Assembly: GCA_014728035.1 (NCBI GenBank)
Contig: WJMJ01000079.1
Coordinates: 1-64,000 of the forward strand
Direction: 5' to 3'
Source: Promethearchaeota archaeon
GTDB lineage: Archaea; Asgardarchaeota; Thorarchaeia; Thorarchaeales; Thorarchaeaceae
DNA: 64,000 nt
Shown here: piece by piece, positions 1 to 9,679 of the stretch
Layout of the letters: every line of letters starts with the position of its first letter
Position numbering within the stretch: position 1 is the stretch's first letter
Made by a program: the position numbers and the translations under genes
Notes under the pieces: model-generated
The model's database searches: none
What the model was told of the DNA's origin: nothing
The model's input: only the letters and a program-made list of their open reading frames with translations

Positions 1-1065
1 AACCACAACCACTCCCTTTCTCTATCTCGTTCTGATCTATGTTCTCATGGGTTTTGGAAACTCTCAAATGAGTGGCTCTTTCAACGCTTGGTTTGACAAT
101 AATTATCGGGTTGCTATGCCTGGTGATACTGACCGTAAGCAATACGGCGTATTTTGGGGAAAGGTAGGCATGCTATTCCAGGTAGTTGCTACAGCTTCGT
201 TGATTCCTGGTGGAGTTCTTGCGGTTGTATTAGGTCGTCCTTGGGTCTTTCAACTTCAAGCAATTCTCAGTGTTGTAATCGCAGTAGTTGTTATGATTGT
301 TGTTAAAGACTTCCCAGAAGTTGAAGCAATGCGAACAAAACGCCCATCAATGAGTGAATATACTAAACTACTCGGTTCGGGTGTGAACTTTCTATTCAGC
401 AGTAAATTTGTCAAACATTTAGTCATCGGTGGTTGCATACTAATGTCTACTGCCATGGTTTGGGGTCAACTAATCTTGTTCCCCATATACTTCAGCTATC
501 TCCTTACTGATGTAGCAGTTTCTAGCTTTAGAACAGTTCTATTCCTCCCTGGTGTAGCAACTGCAGAACGTTCAGGGGTTTGGGCAAAACGCTTTGAACC
601 AAAGAAGTGGATTCCACGCTTCAGAGCACTTCAGTCTGGAGGTTTCATATTCTATATGGCCTTTGCAATTATCATGTTGGTTCTACCACCAACAAATACT
701 GGTATTATGCTTCAACTCATAATTCCTTTTACTCAGATTGTATTTCTTGAGTTACCTGCTTCAAATGTTCTACCAATTTTATTCATGACAATGACCTTCG
801 TATTCACAGGATTATTTGGTGGAATCGCTGAGATACTTACTCAGGCACTGTTCTGTGCACCATTGCGACAATCATTGCAATTCCGCAGATAGCACTCTTC
901 GGGTGGTTGATTTCAGTGGTGGGCTTTCCCATAACTCTCGCACTAGTTAGTATGATATCCCTAATTGGGGTCGTTCTTGTGAGAGATGGATTAAGCCATC
1001 CAAAGCCGCTTATTGAAAACGAAACAGAAACAACTCTTATCTCCAAAGAGGTTCCAGCGGAGTAA
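1..1065 (+). pseudogene. MFS transporter, 5'-truncated by the window edge, with a frameshift/deletion near 845-860
   Basis: The frame is open from base 2 (TTTTPFLYLVLIYVLM...) and has multiple TM helices. It runs into non-membrane sequence and stops at 892, while another frame continues with TIATIIAIPQIALFGWLISVVGFPITLALVSMISLIGVVLVRDGL...EVPAE* (TAA 1063-1065), typical of the final MFS helices. Confidence 0.6.
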
Positions 1066-1102
1066 TTCGCTGGACCTCAACTAGCCATTTCGGAGAGTAA
1101 TC

Positions 1103-1768
1103 TTACTCGATGGAGCTAAGATTACTTCTCCACCTCTCCTCTCTTTCTTCAATTATACCGTAATATCCATTCATTGCCGGACCAGGATTTACAATCAAAG
1201 TGTCTTGAATATAATCTGAGTTTCTACTCTCGTGGATATGTCCGCAGAGGAAAGCTACAGGATTATAGATTTCAATTATTTCTCTCATGGTCTTACTTCC
1301 CACCTGATCACCCGTATAGAGCCTATCAGTACTAGTCCCAAATGGAGGCACATGTGACACAATTACGAGTTGCTTAGATTTGTTAACTTGACCTAATAGC
1401 GAATGAGCTTTTTCTAGATAGTAAGACTCTGAGAATTCGTACATTCCTGGGAATGGTGTCGGTGTTGATCCTCCGAATCCAACAAAAACATAGTCATCCA
1501 TTTCTGTTATGGCGAAATGGATAGATTTTGGAGGCATACTGCTGTGGTCATTCATTTCCTTTAAATCGCAATTTCCGGGAATCCAGTATGTAGGCACACC
1601 TACGACTAATAATCCCCTAATAATTTGGGATGCAGTAGAGATAGGACCAAAATTAGTAATATCGCCAGCAATCACTATAGCATCAACTTGCTCTTGCTGT
1701 GCTATCCTTGCTATTTTTGGAACTACAGGATACGTACCATGAAAATCTGTCAAGGTAATAATTCGCAT
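1103..1768 (-). CDS. Calcineurin-like metallophosphoesterase (Icc-like)
   Basis: Motifs DFHG, AGDIT, PGNCD, SHVPP and CGHIHE. Confidence 0.9.
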   Translation of the reverse strand: MRIITLTDFHGTYPVVPKIARIAQQEQVDAIVIAGDITNFGPISTASQIIRGLLVVGVPTYWIPGNCDLKEMNDHSSMPPKSIHFAITEMDDYVFVGFGGSTPTPFPGMYEFSESYYLEKAHSLLGQVNKSKQLVIVSHVPPFGTSTDRLYTGDQVGSKTMREIIEIYNPVAFLCGHIHESRNSDYIQDTLIVNPGPAMNGYYGIIEEREERWRSNLSSIE

Positions 1769-1822
1769 TTTGCCTCAGATTGCATAGCTCTACTTCATGA
1801 TATAAGCTAACTGGCAATCTGG

Positions 1823-2596
1823 TCATCGAAATAAATCTTCATCGTCAGTACGAAAAATATCCAAAGATGATTCATCGTGATTTGCAGTAAACACATATCC
1901 GCGAACAAGCACGATGGGTGTTCCCTCGGCACCTTGTCCCATCATTGGCTCTGCAGCAGAAGCAATCTCATCAATCTGACAAATTGTTGATCTCTCCAAT
2001 TTTCTACCATATAGGTCTCGTTTTCCTATATTATATTTGAAAACATCAATTCCTGCACAACCAATGGCAATATTTACGCCTCCTCTTCTCCAAGGTCTCC
2101 CCTGAGTGTCTGTAATAACCACAGCAATTTTTTTCCCAGTGGCTTCAGATATTGTTTCTAGAATTCTTCTAGCACTTTTATCAGGGTCTTCTGGAAGCAA
2201 TACATAGTGTCCTTTTTGAACATTTGATTTATCTACTCCTGAGAAATTGCAAATAAGGCCCGTCTTTGTGATTGTGATAAGAACTCTTTCATCTCTAAGA
2301 ATTTCTTTGCTCTCTTGTATAGCTAATTCCACTTGTACTGGATCGAAGTCGTTTCTTTTTGCAATTTCGATTGCTTGTGGAGTAACCTTGATTGATTTTC
2401 CATCAATAACTCTCCCTTCTGATTTTGATACTATTTTGTGAGCAATGACCAAGATATCTCCATCTTCTAGACGGATGTCAGAATCTGCTAATGCACACAT
2501 GATATTATCTTCAATTGAATTCGTTTCTGTCGTGAGAGGATAATTTTGAACTGATATTACCTCAATTCCCTGTTGATTGTCTTCACCACGACTCAT
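1823..2596 (-). CDS. cofE: Coenzyme F420-0:L-glutamate ligase
   Basis: DGDILVIAHKIVSKSEGR, SGVDKSN, LLPEDPDKSA, ITDTQGRPWRRG and DEIASAA match the CofE pattern. Confidence 0.9.
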   Translation of the reverse strand: MSRGEDNQQGIEVISVQNYPLTTETNSIEDNIMCALADSDIRLEDGDILVIAHKIVSKSEGRVIDGKSIKVTPQAIEIAKRNDFDPVQVELAIQESKEILRDERVLITITKTGLICNFSGVDKSNVQKGHYVLLPEDPDKSARRILETISEATGKKIAVVITDTQGRPWRRGGVNIAIGCAGIDVFKYNIGKRDLYGRKLERSTICQIDEIASAAEPMMGQGAEGTPIVLVRGYVFTANHDESSLDIFRTDDEDLFR

Positions 2597-2807
2597 TTTA
2601 CGGCACCTATACTTACCAACATGGCTTTTTTACTTATAAAGCAATGAATTATTACGCGCAAATACCTAATCGCACGGGAAATACTAAATAAGATAGCTAT
2701 TCAATCTTTGATTGCAATACTATATGTTGCGCATTATACAAAAAACTCTGGAACTATAAACACTAGTCTAGATATATACTTGCTACCCATAATTGGAGTG
2801 TAAAACA

Positions 2808-4727
2808 TTGAGCGGATCAGGCGATATCAAACAGGGAACCATTGCCAAATTTATGAGAAAAAGGACTCAGTTAGTAGGTTTTGAAACGGGTCTAAACAAA
2901 CATACACAGTATGCAATTGAGTTTTTGGATAATGCAATTGATGCATTAGAGAGTTGGTGGTGGAAAACCAAGAAGAAACCGCGATTACCTGACCAACTAG
3001 ATGAGAAATACATAGAAGAGATTCGCGAAAAAATAAAGGATGATGTATATGATTCTATTTCTCTAAGTAAGAAATTAGAGAAAAAAGTTCGTGCGGGAAA
3101 ACCTGTTGATATACCCGTTAGGAAAAAAGAATCCCTTGACGATAGAGTAACTAGATTTAGGAAATTCCTTGTACCTTTTAGAGGATTGATAAATCGACGT
3201 GAACCCCTTGTGGTGATGCAACTTACTGAAGTTTTCATGCCTGACCTTGTTCCACTTGATGACGAAGAAGGTTTCAAGGTATACGAATTTACTTGCTTTG
3301 ATAATGGGGTAGGAATGGTTCCTTCTGATCTCGAAAAATTTGGTATATATCTTGCATCAAGCAAATCTGAGAAACTCCGTCAGACACGTGGTAGTCAGGG
3401 ATTTGGTTCACCATCTGCTTTTAGTGATGCTCAGAATACAACAGGAAAACCGATTTTCACAATTTCACAAAGATTTACCGCTAAGAAAGCAACTGTAGCT
3501 GACTTTTACACTACTACCTCTAACACAAAGGATTACGTGGCCGGACCTATTCAAATGGAATTGCCGTTTAAACATGGGACGTATATTCGTTTGAATTATC
3601 TGAATATCCAATATCGGAGAGGTTATGCAGATACATACGCCGAGATGGCATCATTGTTGAACTCACATGTTACAATTGTCTTCATTGATCCTTATGGCGA
3701 TGTGTACATCTATCCTCGTAGAGTCAACAAATTCCCTGAAGAACCAAAATATGCACAACCACATCCTGCAAGCATTCGAATAGGAGAATTTCAAGATTTA
3801 CTGCGAGAAACAACTGAAGATTCCTTGTACGGTTTTCTCACTCGTGCATTTACCAGACTGAGTGCTGCGAAAGCAAAATCGATTATCAAGGCAACAAATA
3901 AGGAGTTACGAAAACGACATAAAGATACAATATCTACCCGTACGCCAACAGAATCGCTGTCAAAACTTGAGGTCGAACTACTTTACAAGAATTTCTCAAG
4001 TGAAGATTATATTGCGCCTCCAACAGACACGGTTGTTCCTGTAGGTGAAGAGGTCTTTGAACAGACAATTCAGATGGCCTATAATCCTGAATTTGTTTGT
4101 GCTGTTACACGAAAACCAACATCTGGAAAAGGCCTTTCGTTTGCGGTTGAAGTTTGTATTGCCTATGGGGGCGATATCAAACCTGCGACTTCTGCTACAA
4201 TGGTCCTGTGGCGATTTGTAAACAGAGTACCAAAATTACGTGATAATAGTGATTGTGCTACTTGGAAAGCTTCGGCAATGGTTAATTGGCGAAATTACAA
4301 AGTGAAGACTTTTGATAATGGAATACCTCGTGGTCCAATAATGGTATTCATTCACGTATGTGGTGCCTATGTGCATGTTATGTTTAAAGGACAAAGCAAA
4401 CAAGCTTTGGCTGAAGATGAGGTACTCCTAAAAGAAATTAAATTAGCTTTGGAACAAGCTGGTAGAAAGTTCCGTCGGTTTATTACAAAACGAGAACGCG
4501 CTAAACGAAAAGCAAAACGGGCTGGAGTTCTTTCAATGTATGCTGACCAGTTTGCTGAAAGCTTAGTGTCCATTGTGAATGCAGCTGATCCAAAATCGAA
4601 ATATGATGCTGAGGTTGTGGCTAGTAGACTTAGAAGTTCAATTGCTGGGTATGATAGTCATCCTGAAGATGAAGAGGATGAAGAAGAGGAAGAAGAAAAA
4701 GAGCTTGTTGGAGATGATTCTGATTAG
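2808..4727 (+). CDS. top6B: DNA topoisomerase VI subunit B (GHKL ATPase), with an insertion and an acidic tail
   Basis: GHKL motifs EFLDNAIDA, DNGVG and TRGSQGFG, then PHP, an H2TH region and RFVNRVP. Lies directly upstream of top6A. The start may be TTG 2793 or TTG 2808. Confidence 0.9.
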   Translation: MSGSGDIKQGTIAKFMRKRTQLVGFETGLNKHTQYAIEFLDNAIDALESWWWKTKKKPRLPDQLDEKYIEEIREKIKDDVYDSISLSKKLEKKVRAGKPVDIPVRKKESLDDRVTRFRKFLVPFRGLINRREPLVVMQLTEVFMPDLVPLDDEEGFKVYEFTCFDNGVGMVPSDLEKFGIYLASSKSEKLRQTRGSQGFGSPSAFSDAQNTTGKPIFTISQRFTAKKATVADFYTTTSNTKDYVAGPIQMELPFKHGTYIRLNYLNIQYRRGYADTYAEMASLLNSHVTIVFIDPYGDVYIYPRRVNKFPEEPKYAQPHPASIRIGEFQDLLRETTEDSLYGFLTRAFTRLSAAKAKSIIKATNKELRKRHKDTISTRTPTESLSKLEVELLYKNFSSEDYIAPPTDTVVPVGEEVFEQTIQMAYNPEFVCAVTRKPTSGKGLSFAVEVCIAYGGDIKPATSATMVLWRFVNRVPKLRDNSDCATWKASAMVNWRNYKVKTFDNGIPRGPIMVFIHVCGAYVHVMFKGQSKQALAEDEVLLKEIKLALEQAGRKFRRFITKRERAKRKAKRAGVLSMYADQFAESLVSIVNAADPKSKYDAEVVASRLRSSIAGYDSHPEDEEDEEEEEEKELVGDDSD

Positions 4728-4741
4728 GAGGCTAGCAAATA

Positions 4742-7282
4742 ATGGCCAGGAAACGGGAATCAACAACTATTCAATCAACGCTTGGCGACTTGGTAGAGGC
4801 CGAGTCTAAAACCATTTCAAAGAAGGGGAAAAAAACGACAAAACGAAAGAAATCAACAAGATCAACGAAATCCTCATCCAAGCTTGACATGAAGGACTTG
4901 CCAGGAGTCGGAGCTAAGACCAGAGATAGCTTGATCGAAGCTGGATTCAAGACAGTGGAGAAGATAGCTAAATCTAAACCTACTGCAATTTCCAAGAAGG
5001 TCGATGGGATTGGTGAATCCACTGCTGAAACAATTGTTGAAGCTGCGAAAAAGATGGTACAAGCTAGCAAGCCAAAGAAATCTCGGAAGAAGAAATCAAC
5101 AGAATCCTCATCTAAGCTTGATATGAAGGAGTTACCAGGAGTCGGAGCTAAGACCAGAGATAGCTTGATTGAAGCTGGATTTGAAACGGTTGAGAAGATA
5201 GCAAAAACAAAACCTACTGCAATCTCCAAGAAGGTCGATGGGGTTGGTGAATCCACTGCTGAAACAATTGTTGAAGCTGCAAAAAAGATGGTAAAAGCAA
5301 GTACACCAAAGAAGACACGAAAGAAGAGCAAACCTACGAAGAGAACACCTTCTGCAGAAGAAGTATCAATTGGATTGGACGAGTTACCTGGTATCGGACC
5401 AAGCACGAAGGAGAAACTTATCGCAGCTGGTTATGACTCTCTATCTAAAATTGCATCTGCAAAACCGGCTACACTTGCCAAAGAAGTAGATGGTGTTGGG
5501 AAGAAGACTGCAAAAGATGCAATTGGTGAAGCTAAGAAACTCACAAAAAAGAAGCAACCAAAGACTCGTAAAAAGAAACCTAAACCTACTACTGTATCCG
5601 GTGATGAGCTTCGTTTGAAAGATTTACCGGGTATTGGAAAGAAAACAGCTGAAAAAATGGAAGAAGCTGGTTATGATTCAGTAGCACGGGTTGCTCGTTC
5701 AACTCCTGATTCAATTGCTAAAAGAGTCAGTGGGATAAGCACATCGAAAGCTAGTGAAATTATTGGTGTTGCAAAAGAGATGGTCAAAGCACAACAGATA
5801 CGAGAAATTGATAGGCCGGATATTACTGAGAAAGAAGAAATATCAGAATCTGAAGATACTGAACCAGCTAAGAAGGAAGAGAAGAAGAAACCAAAGTCAC
5901 AGAAAACTAAGAAAACCACGAAGACAAAGAAGACAAAAGAAAAAGAGAGTGATAAATCCAAAGTGACACCAAAAAAGAAGACTAAGAAGCGATCTAGAAA
6001 GAAAAAGAAGACTACTAAAACTCCACAACAAATTCTAGAAGAAAAAAGAGCGAAAATTGTCAAGAAGAAATCTGGATTACCCGTCCCGAAAACCATTATT
6101 GCCCTTACAAAAGAAATGAAGGCGAAATGGGACGCTGCCGATGCTCGTGAAGCGGCATATCAGGCTGGAGAATTATCTGAAGAAGAAATGAATGAAATTG
6201 AAGAAACCATAGAAGTTCTAGATTTAACTCGTAACGAAACCAAGGATAAAGTAGTTGATGTAGCTAGAGAGATACTCCAAGAAACTATGGTGACCGGCCG
6301 TCCTGCTTTTGAAATTCCTAAGAGGTCTTCTAGCAATATTGTATGGGATGAAATTCGAGATTTGCTTTTGTTAGGTATGGATACAGTTTCGAGACCATAT
6401 CATTCTCTTGGAAGTGTAGTGGATGCTACACGTACTGCAAGAGTGATGGAAATCATCTATCAACTGCTTGAATCGAATTTGCATGCCACAAAACGTGAGG
6501 TTTTCTATAGTGACGTAAATCTCTTCCGCGACCAGAAATATAGTGACCGCATACTTGAGGATGTTGCATCAATGTTGCATACTACTCGTGATAGTATCCA
6601 TGTTGTAGCATCTGCTAGAGGTTCTGCAATGGGTCGTGTTGTAATTCGAGATGGAGGTGACCGTATCGACCTTACTAAGATGGGTACGGGTGGTTGGGCA
6701 ATCACACCATTTCTAGACCAGGTGGAAATTATCGAAAGCGATGCTGAATACATTCTTCTTTCAGAGAAGGACGCAGCTGTAATGCGTCTTGCAGAAGCTA
6801 AATACTGGAATCGAGAACCATGTATTGTTCTTACTGGGAAGGGTTCAGGAGATATAGCAACAAGAGCCTTTCTTAAGAAACTGGTTAAGGAACTTGAAAT
6901 TCCTGCTTTTGCGTTAGTAGACTCGGATCCGTATGGGCATTATATTTACTCTGTATTTCTGCGAGGAAGCAAACGACTGAGTTACGAATCGCCATTTATT
7001 GCCACACCAGAGCTAAAATTACTTGGTGTACTCTCTAGAGATCTTGATGAATACGATATTCCAAAAGCGGTTCGAATACCAATGGAGCAGACTGACATTA
7101 AACGAGTCAAGGATATGATTGATGAACCATTTGTAAAGGCGAACAAAGAATGGGTTAAAGACCTGAAACTGATGCTTAAAATTAAAGAAAAGGCAGAAAT
7201 ACAAGCTTTTGCAAGCCACTCATTCAGCTTTCTAACAGATGAATATATCCCAACAAAACTAGAAACTGGGGACTGGATTTAG
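4742..7282 (+). CDS. top6A: DNA topoisomerase VI subunit A (Spo11 family) with a long N-terminal extension of four HhH domains
   Basis: The C-terminal ~360 aa contain TKREVFY (catalytic Tyr codon 6506-6508), Toprim SEKDA and DSDPYG, and KAEIQA. The N-terminal part has four LPG(V/I)G HhH units. Confidence 0.92.
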   Translation: MARKRESTTIQSTLGDLVEAESKTISKKGKKTTKRKKSTRSTKSSSKLDMKDLPGVGAKTRDSLIEAGFKTVEKIAKSKPTAISKKVDGIGESTAETIVEAAKKMVQASKPKKSRKKKSTESSSKLDMKELPGVGAKTRDSLIEAGFETVEKIAKTKPTAISKKVDGVGESTAETIVEAAKKMVKASTPKKTRKKSKPTKRTPSAEEVSIGLDELPGIGPSTKEKLIAAGYDSLSKIASAKPATLAKEVDGVGKKTAKDAIGEAKKLTKKKQPKTRKKKPKPTTVSGDELRLKDLPGIGKKTAEKMEEAGYDSVARVARSTPDSIAKRVSGISTSKASEIIGVAKEMVKAQQIREIDRPDITEKEEISESEDTEPAKKEEKKKPKSQKTKKTTKTKKTKEKESDKSKVTPKKKTKKRSRKKKKTTKTPQQILEEKRAKIVKKKSGLPVPKTIIALTKEMKAKWDAADAREAAYQAGELSEEEMNEIEETIEVLDLTRNETKDKVVDVAREILQETMVTGRPAFEIPKRSSSNIVWDEIRDLLLLGMDTVSRPYHSLGSVVDATRTARVMEIIYQLLESNLHATKREVFYSDVNLFRDQKYSDRILEDVASMLHTTRDSIHVVASARGSAMGRVVIRDGGDRIDLTKMGTGGWAITPFLDQVEIIESDAEYILLSEKDAAVMRLAEAKYWNREPCIVLTGKGSGDIATRAFLKKLVKELEIPAFALVDSDPYGHYIYSVFLRGSKRLSYESPFIATPELKLLGVLSRDLDEYDIPKAVRIPMEQTDIKRVKDMIDEPFVKANKEWVKDLKLMLKIKEKAEIQAFASHSFSFLTDEYIPTKLETGDWI
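4869..5293 (+). repeat. Intragenic tandem duplication (~190-nt unit, 234-nt period) encoding HhH domains 1 and 2
   Basis: 4869-5059 and 5103-5293 are near-identical. Both contain ccaggagtcggagctaagaccagagatagcttgat and ggtgaatccactgctgaaacaattgttgaagctgc. Confidence 0.95.
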
Positions 7283-7305
7283 AACCAGTCCAATTTTCTT
7301 TTTTT
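7270..7305 (+). terminator. Hairpin plus T-tract at the end of top6A
   Basis: ggactgg (7270-7276) pairs with ccagtcc (7285-7291), followed by ttttctttttt. Confidence 0.55.
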
Positions 7306-7398
7306 ATACTCTATCTATTGCAGGCAATAATTTCCTATTGAGATACTATGATAAGGAATGGTGATATTGTTAAACTATTGTGAAATGAGGTTGGATAT

Positions 7399-8319
7399 AT
7401 GCCTGTTAAAGATTTGGATAATCTTGAAGTTATTGATGCGCATGCACACTTTTTTACACACTCTATGCTAAAAGAATGGTTTTCAGATCCGGAAAATCTT
7501 GAGCGTATGAAGGCTCGTGTTAAATACCAAACTGATGTAGGTACTTTTGAGTTTCCTGAAGAACCGTGGGATACTGGAAAAATGTGGATTGATGAAATGG
7601 ATAAATACGGCATATCCGCCATGGGAATGATGATTAGCCCTCAAGCATGGGATGAATTCAATGAAGCAAGGAACCGATTCCCAGGACGATTTCTGGGTTA
7701 TGCTCACGTTGATCCTGAAGATAATCCTGTTGAAACCGTGAAACGAGCTGGAAGAGATGGATTTCAAGGAATCAAACTTTATCCTAGTTCTGGTAGTCAT
7801 CATGTCTATGATAAGCTGTTATTCTATCCAATTTATGAAGAAGCTAGGAAACATAATCTCCTAGTAGTTATCCATTTTGGAATTACCATCGGGAATGAGG
7901 CAAATCTTCGGTATGGAAATCCTCTAGACATCCAGAAGCCTGCACTGGATTTTCCAGAGCTAAACTTCATGATTGCACATTTTGGTGCTGGTTTCTTTCG
8001 TGAAACACTGATGTTAATGTATCAAACTGAAAATGTAGTCATGGATAGTAGTGGTAGCAATAGCTGGATGAAATACCTACCTTACGATCTCTCAATACAG
8101 AAAATATTTGAAAAAGCTCTTCGGGCGGGAGCTGCTTGTAGAGTAATATTTGGAACAGATTCCTCATTCTTTCCAAGAGGATTCAGATACAATATATTAG
8201 AAGAACAATACAAGGCAGTTAAATCCCTCTGTCCACAATTATGTTATTCGGAGGATGATGTTTCACTTATATTCAAAGAAAATATCCTTCGACTTACAGA
8301 TTTCGAGCTAGCAAAATAG
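7399..8319 (+). CDS. Amidohydrolase family protein (Amidohydro_2 TIM barrel)
   Basis: Motifs IDAHAH, GIKLYP, IHFG, IAHFG and FGTDS. Confidence 0.88.
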   Translation: MPVKDLDNLEVIDAHAHFFTHSMLKEWFSDPENLERMKARVKYQTDVGTFEFPEEPWDTGKMWIDEMDKYGISAMGMMISPQAWDEFNEARNRFPGRFLGYAHVDPEDNPVETVKRAGRDGFQGIKLYPSSGSHHVYDKLLFYPIYEEARKHNLLVVIHFGITIGNEANLRYGNPLDIQKPALDFPELNFMIAHFGAGFFRETLMLMYQTENVVMDSSGSNSWMKYLPYDLSIQKIFEKALRAGAACRVIFGTDSSFFPRGFRYNILEEQYKAVKSLCPQLCYSEDDVSLIFKENILRLTDFELAK

Positions 8320-9600
8320 CTAAGCTTCCATTATTTTCTTGTCGAGCTTACCGATTCTCTTTTCCTCGCCACCCAGTTTATATTTCTTTGCAGCCTCTTT
8401 ATATTTTTTCAGAGCTGCTCTACTTTCACCTTTCTTAGCAAAATCATCGCCCTCTGATTCAAGTAATTTGCCCCAATCTTTGTAGCTTTCTCGAATTTTC
8501 TCTGCGCATTTGGCTCTCTTTTTGGCATCGGTAGTAAACATGAATATTTCCCGAGCTTTTCTATATTGTATTACCGCCCATTCATATTCATCTGATTTTT
8601 TATGTCTCTCAGCAAGATCATAATGGTCCTGAGCCATCTCACTATATCCTTTATCTATAAGATATCTACATTCTTCTACCATTTTTTCGTTCTCGGCTCT
8701 TTCATAGAGCTTCATAGCTTTTTCAAACGATTCTATTCCAGCTTCGAATTCTCTTTCTTCTAGGAATTTTTCTCCAGCTTCGATTCTAGCTTTTCCCATT
8801 GCTTCGTATACATACGGTGGATAGACAAATTCATCACCAGTTAAAGAAATGCCACAATTTGGACATGAAGGGGTATCAAGCTCTCGCATGGGATCCTCAA
8901 TTTTGACTCTTTCAGGTTTTCCTACTACGACATCGATGAAATCTCTACTTACTCCTCTTCCCTCTGGGAATAGATGTGCAACAGCGTCTCGTGTTTCGTC
9001 CTCTTCACGTTTATCTGTGAATAGATGACTGGGCAATGATTCGGGTGTATCTACTACTTTTGGTGGTTCTACTTCTTTGAATGGCATACCTTCTTTGGGT
9101 TCTGATTCAACAGATTCCCATGTCAAATCCTCTTCTGCATGGTCATATTCTTTTACAACAAAATCTGGAGGTGTGTCAGAAACCTTTGGAGGTTCGATCT
9201 CTTTAAGACCTCCCATTTCTCCTTCCACCTCATCGACTTCCCATTTCAACTCTTCAGCAGAAGCGGGTATGGTAGGTTCGTCCAATGGTTTATCTTCGGG
9301 GAGAACTGGTTCGTCTTCTACCGTTAGCAAGTCCTCTGGAATATCCGGTAGAATTTCTTCAGGTTCTTCTTTTTCTGAAAGCGGTTCAGTATCATCATCT
9401 AAAAGCAATAATGCATCGGCCATTAACTCCTCATCACGCTCATCAAATCCCATTTCGTCAGTTGAGAGGTCGGGTTCACCTTTCTCGTCACTATCATGAG
9501 ATTCAACATCTTCTGGAATTCTTGCACCACATTTTATGCAAAACGTTGATCCTTTTCCTATTTTTTGACCACATTCTGGACACAGTATTGATGAAGGCAT
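8320..9600 (-). CDS. Zinc-ribbon / acidic linker / TPR-like helical repeat protein
   Basis: Likely ATG at 9600 (MPSSILCPECG...FCIKCG), a long D/E-rich region, a further CPNCG, then TPR-like helices (AGIESFEKAMKLYE, AVIQYRKAREIF, ALKKYKEAAKKY). Confidence 0.8.
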   Translation of the reverse strand: MPSSILCPECGQKIGKGSTFCIKCGARIPEDVESHDSDEKGEPDLSTDEMGFDERDEELMADALLLLDDDTEPLSEKEEPEEILPDIPEDLLTVEDEPVLPEDKPLDEPTIPASAEELKWEVDEVEGEMGGLKEIEPPKVSDTPPDFVVKEYDHAEEDLTWESVESEPKEGMPFKEVEPPKVVDTPESLPSHLFTDKREEDETRDAVAHLFPEGRGVSRDFIDVVVGKPERVKIEDPMRELDTPSCPNCGISLTGDEFVYPPYVYEAMGKARIEAGEKFLEEREFEAGIESFEKAMKLYERAENEKMVEECRYLIDKGYSEMAQDHYDLAERHKKSDEYEWAVIQYRKAREIFMFTTDAKKRAKCAEKIRESYKDWGKLLESEGDDFAKKGESRAALKKYKEAAKKYKLGGEEKRIGKLDKKIMEA

Positions 9601-9679
9601 AATATGACCTGCTTCAGTTCTATTTAGAGCTTGAAGGTTCTGTATATGAACAAATTTAGTATAATTACATGAGCTCACT

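Noticed and set aside
4771-6096. Long antisense ORFs with Phe-rich, membrane-looking translations (4771-5406 and 5671-6096)
   Set aside because: They are shadows of the Lys-rich top6A sense strand, where AAA/AAG reads as TTT/CTT.
9077-9499. Ser-rich 140-aa plus-strand ORF
   Set aside because: Antisense shadow of the Glu/Asp-rich linker of the minus-strand gene.
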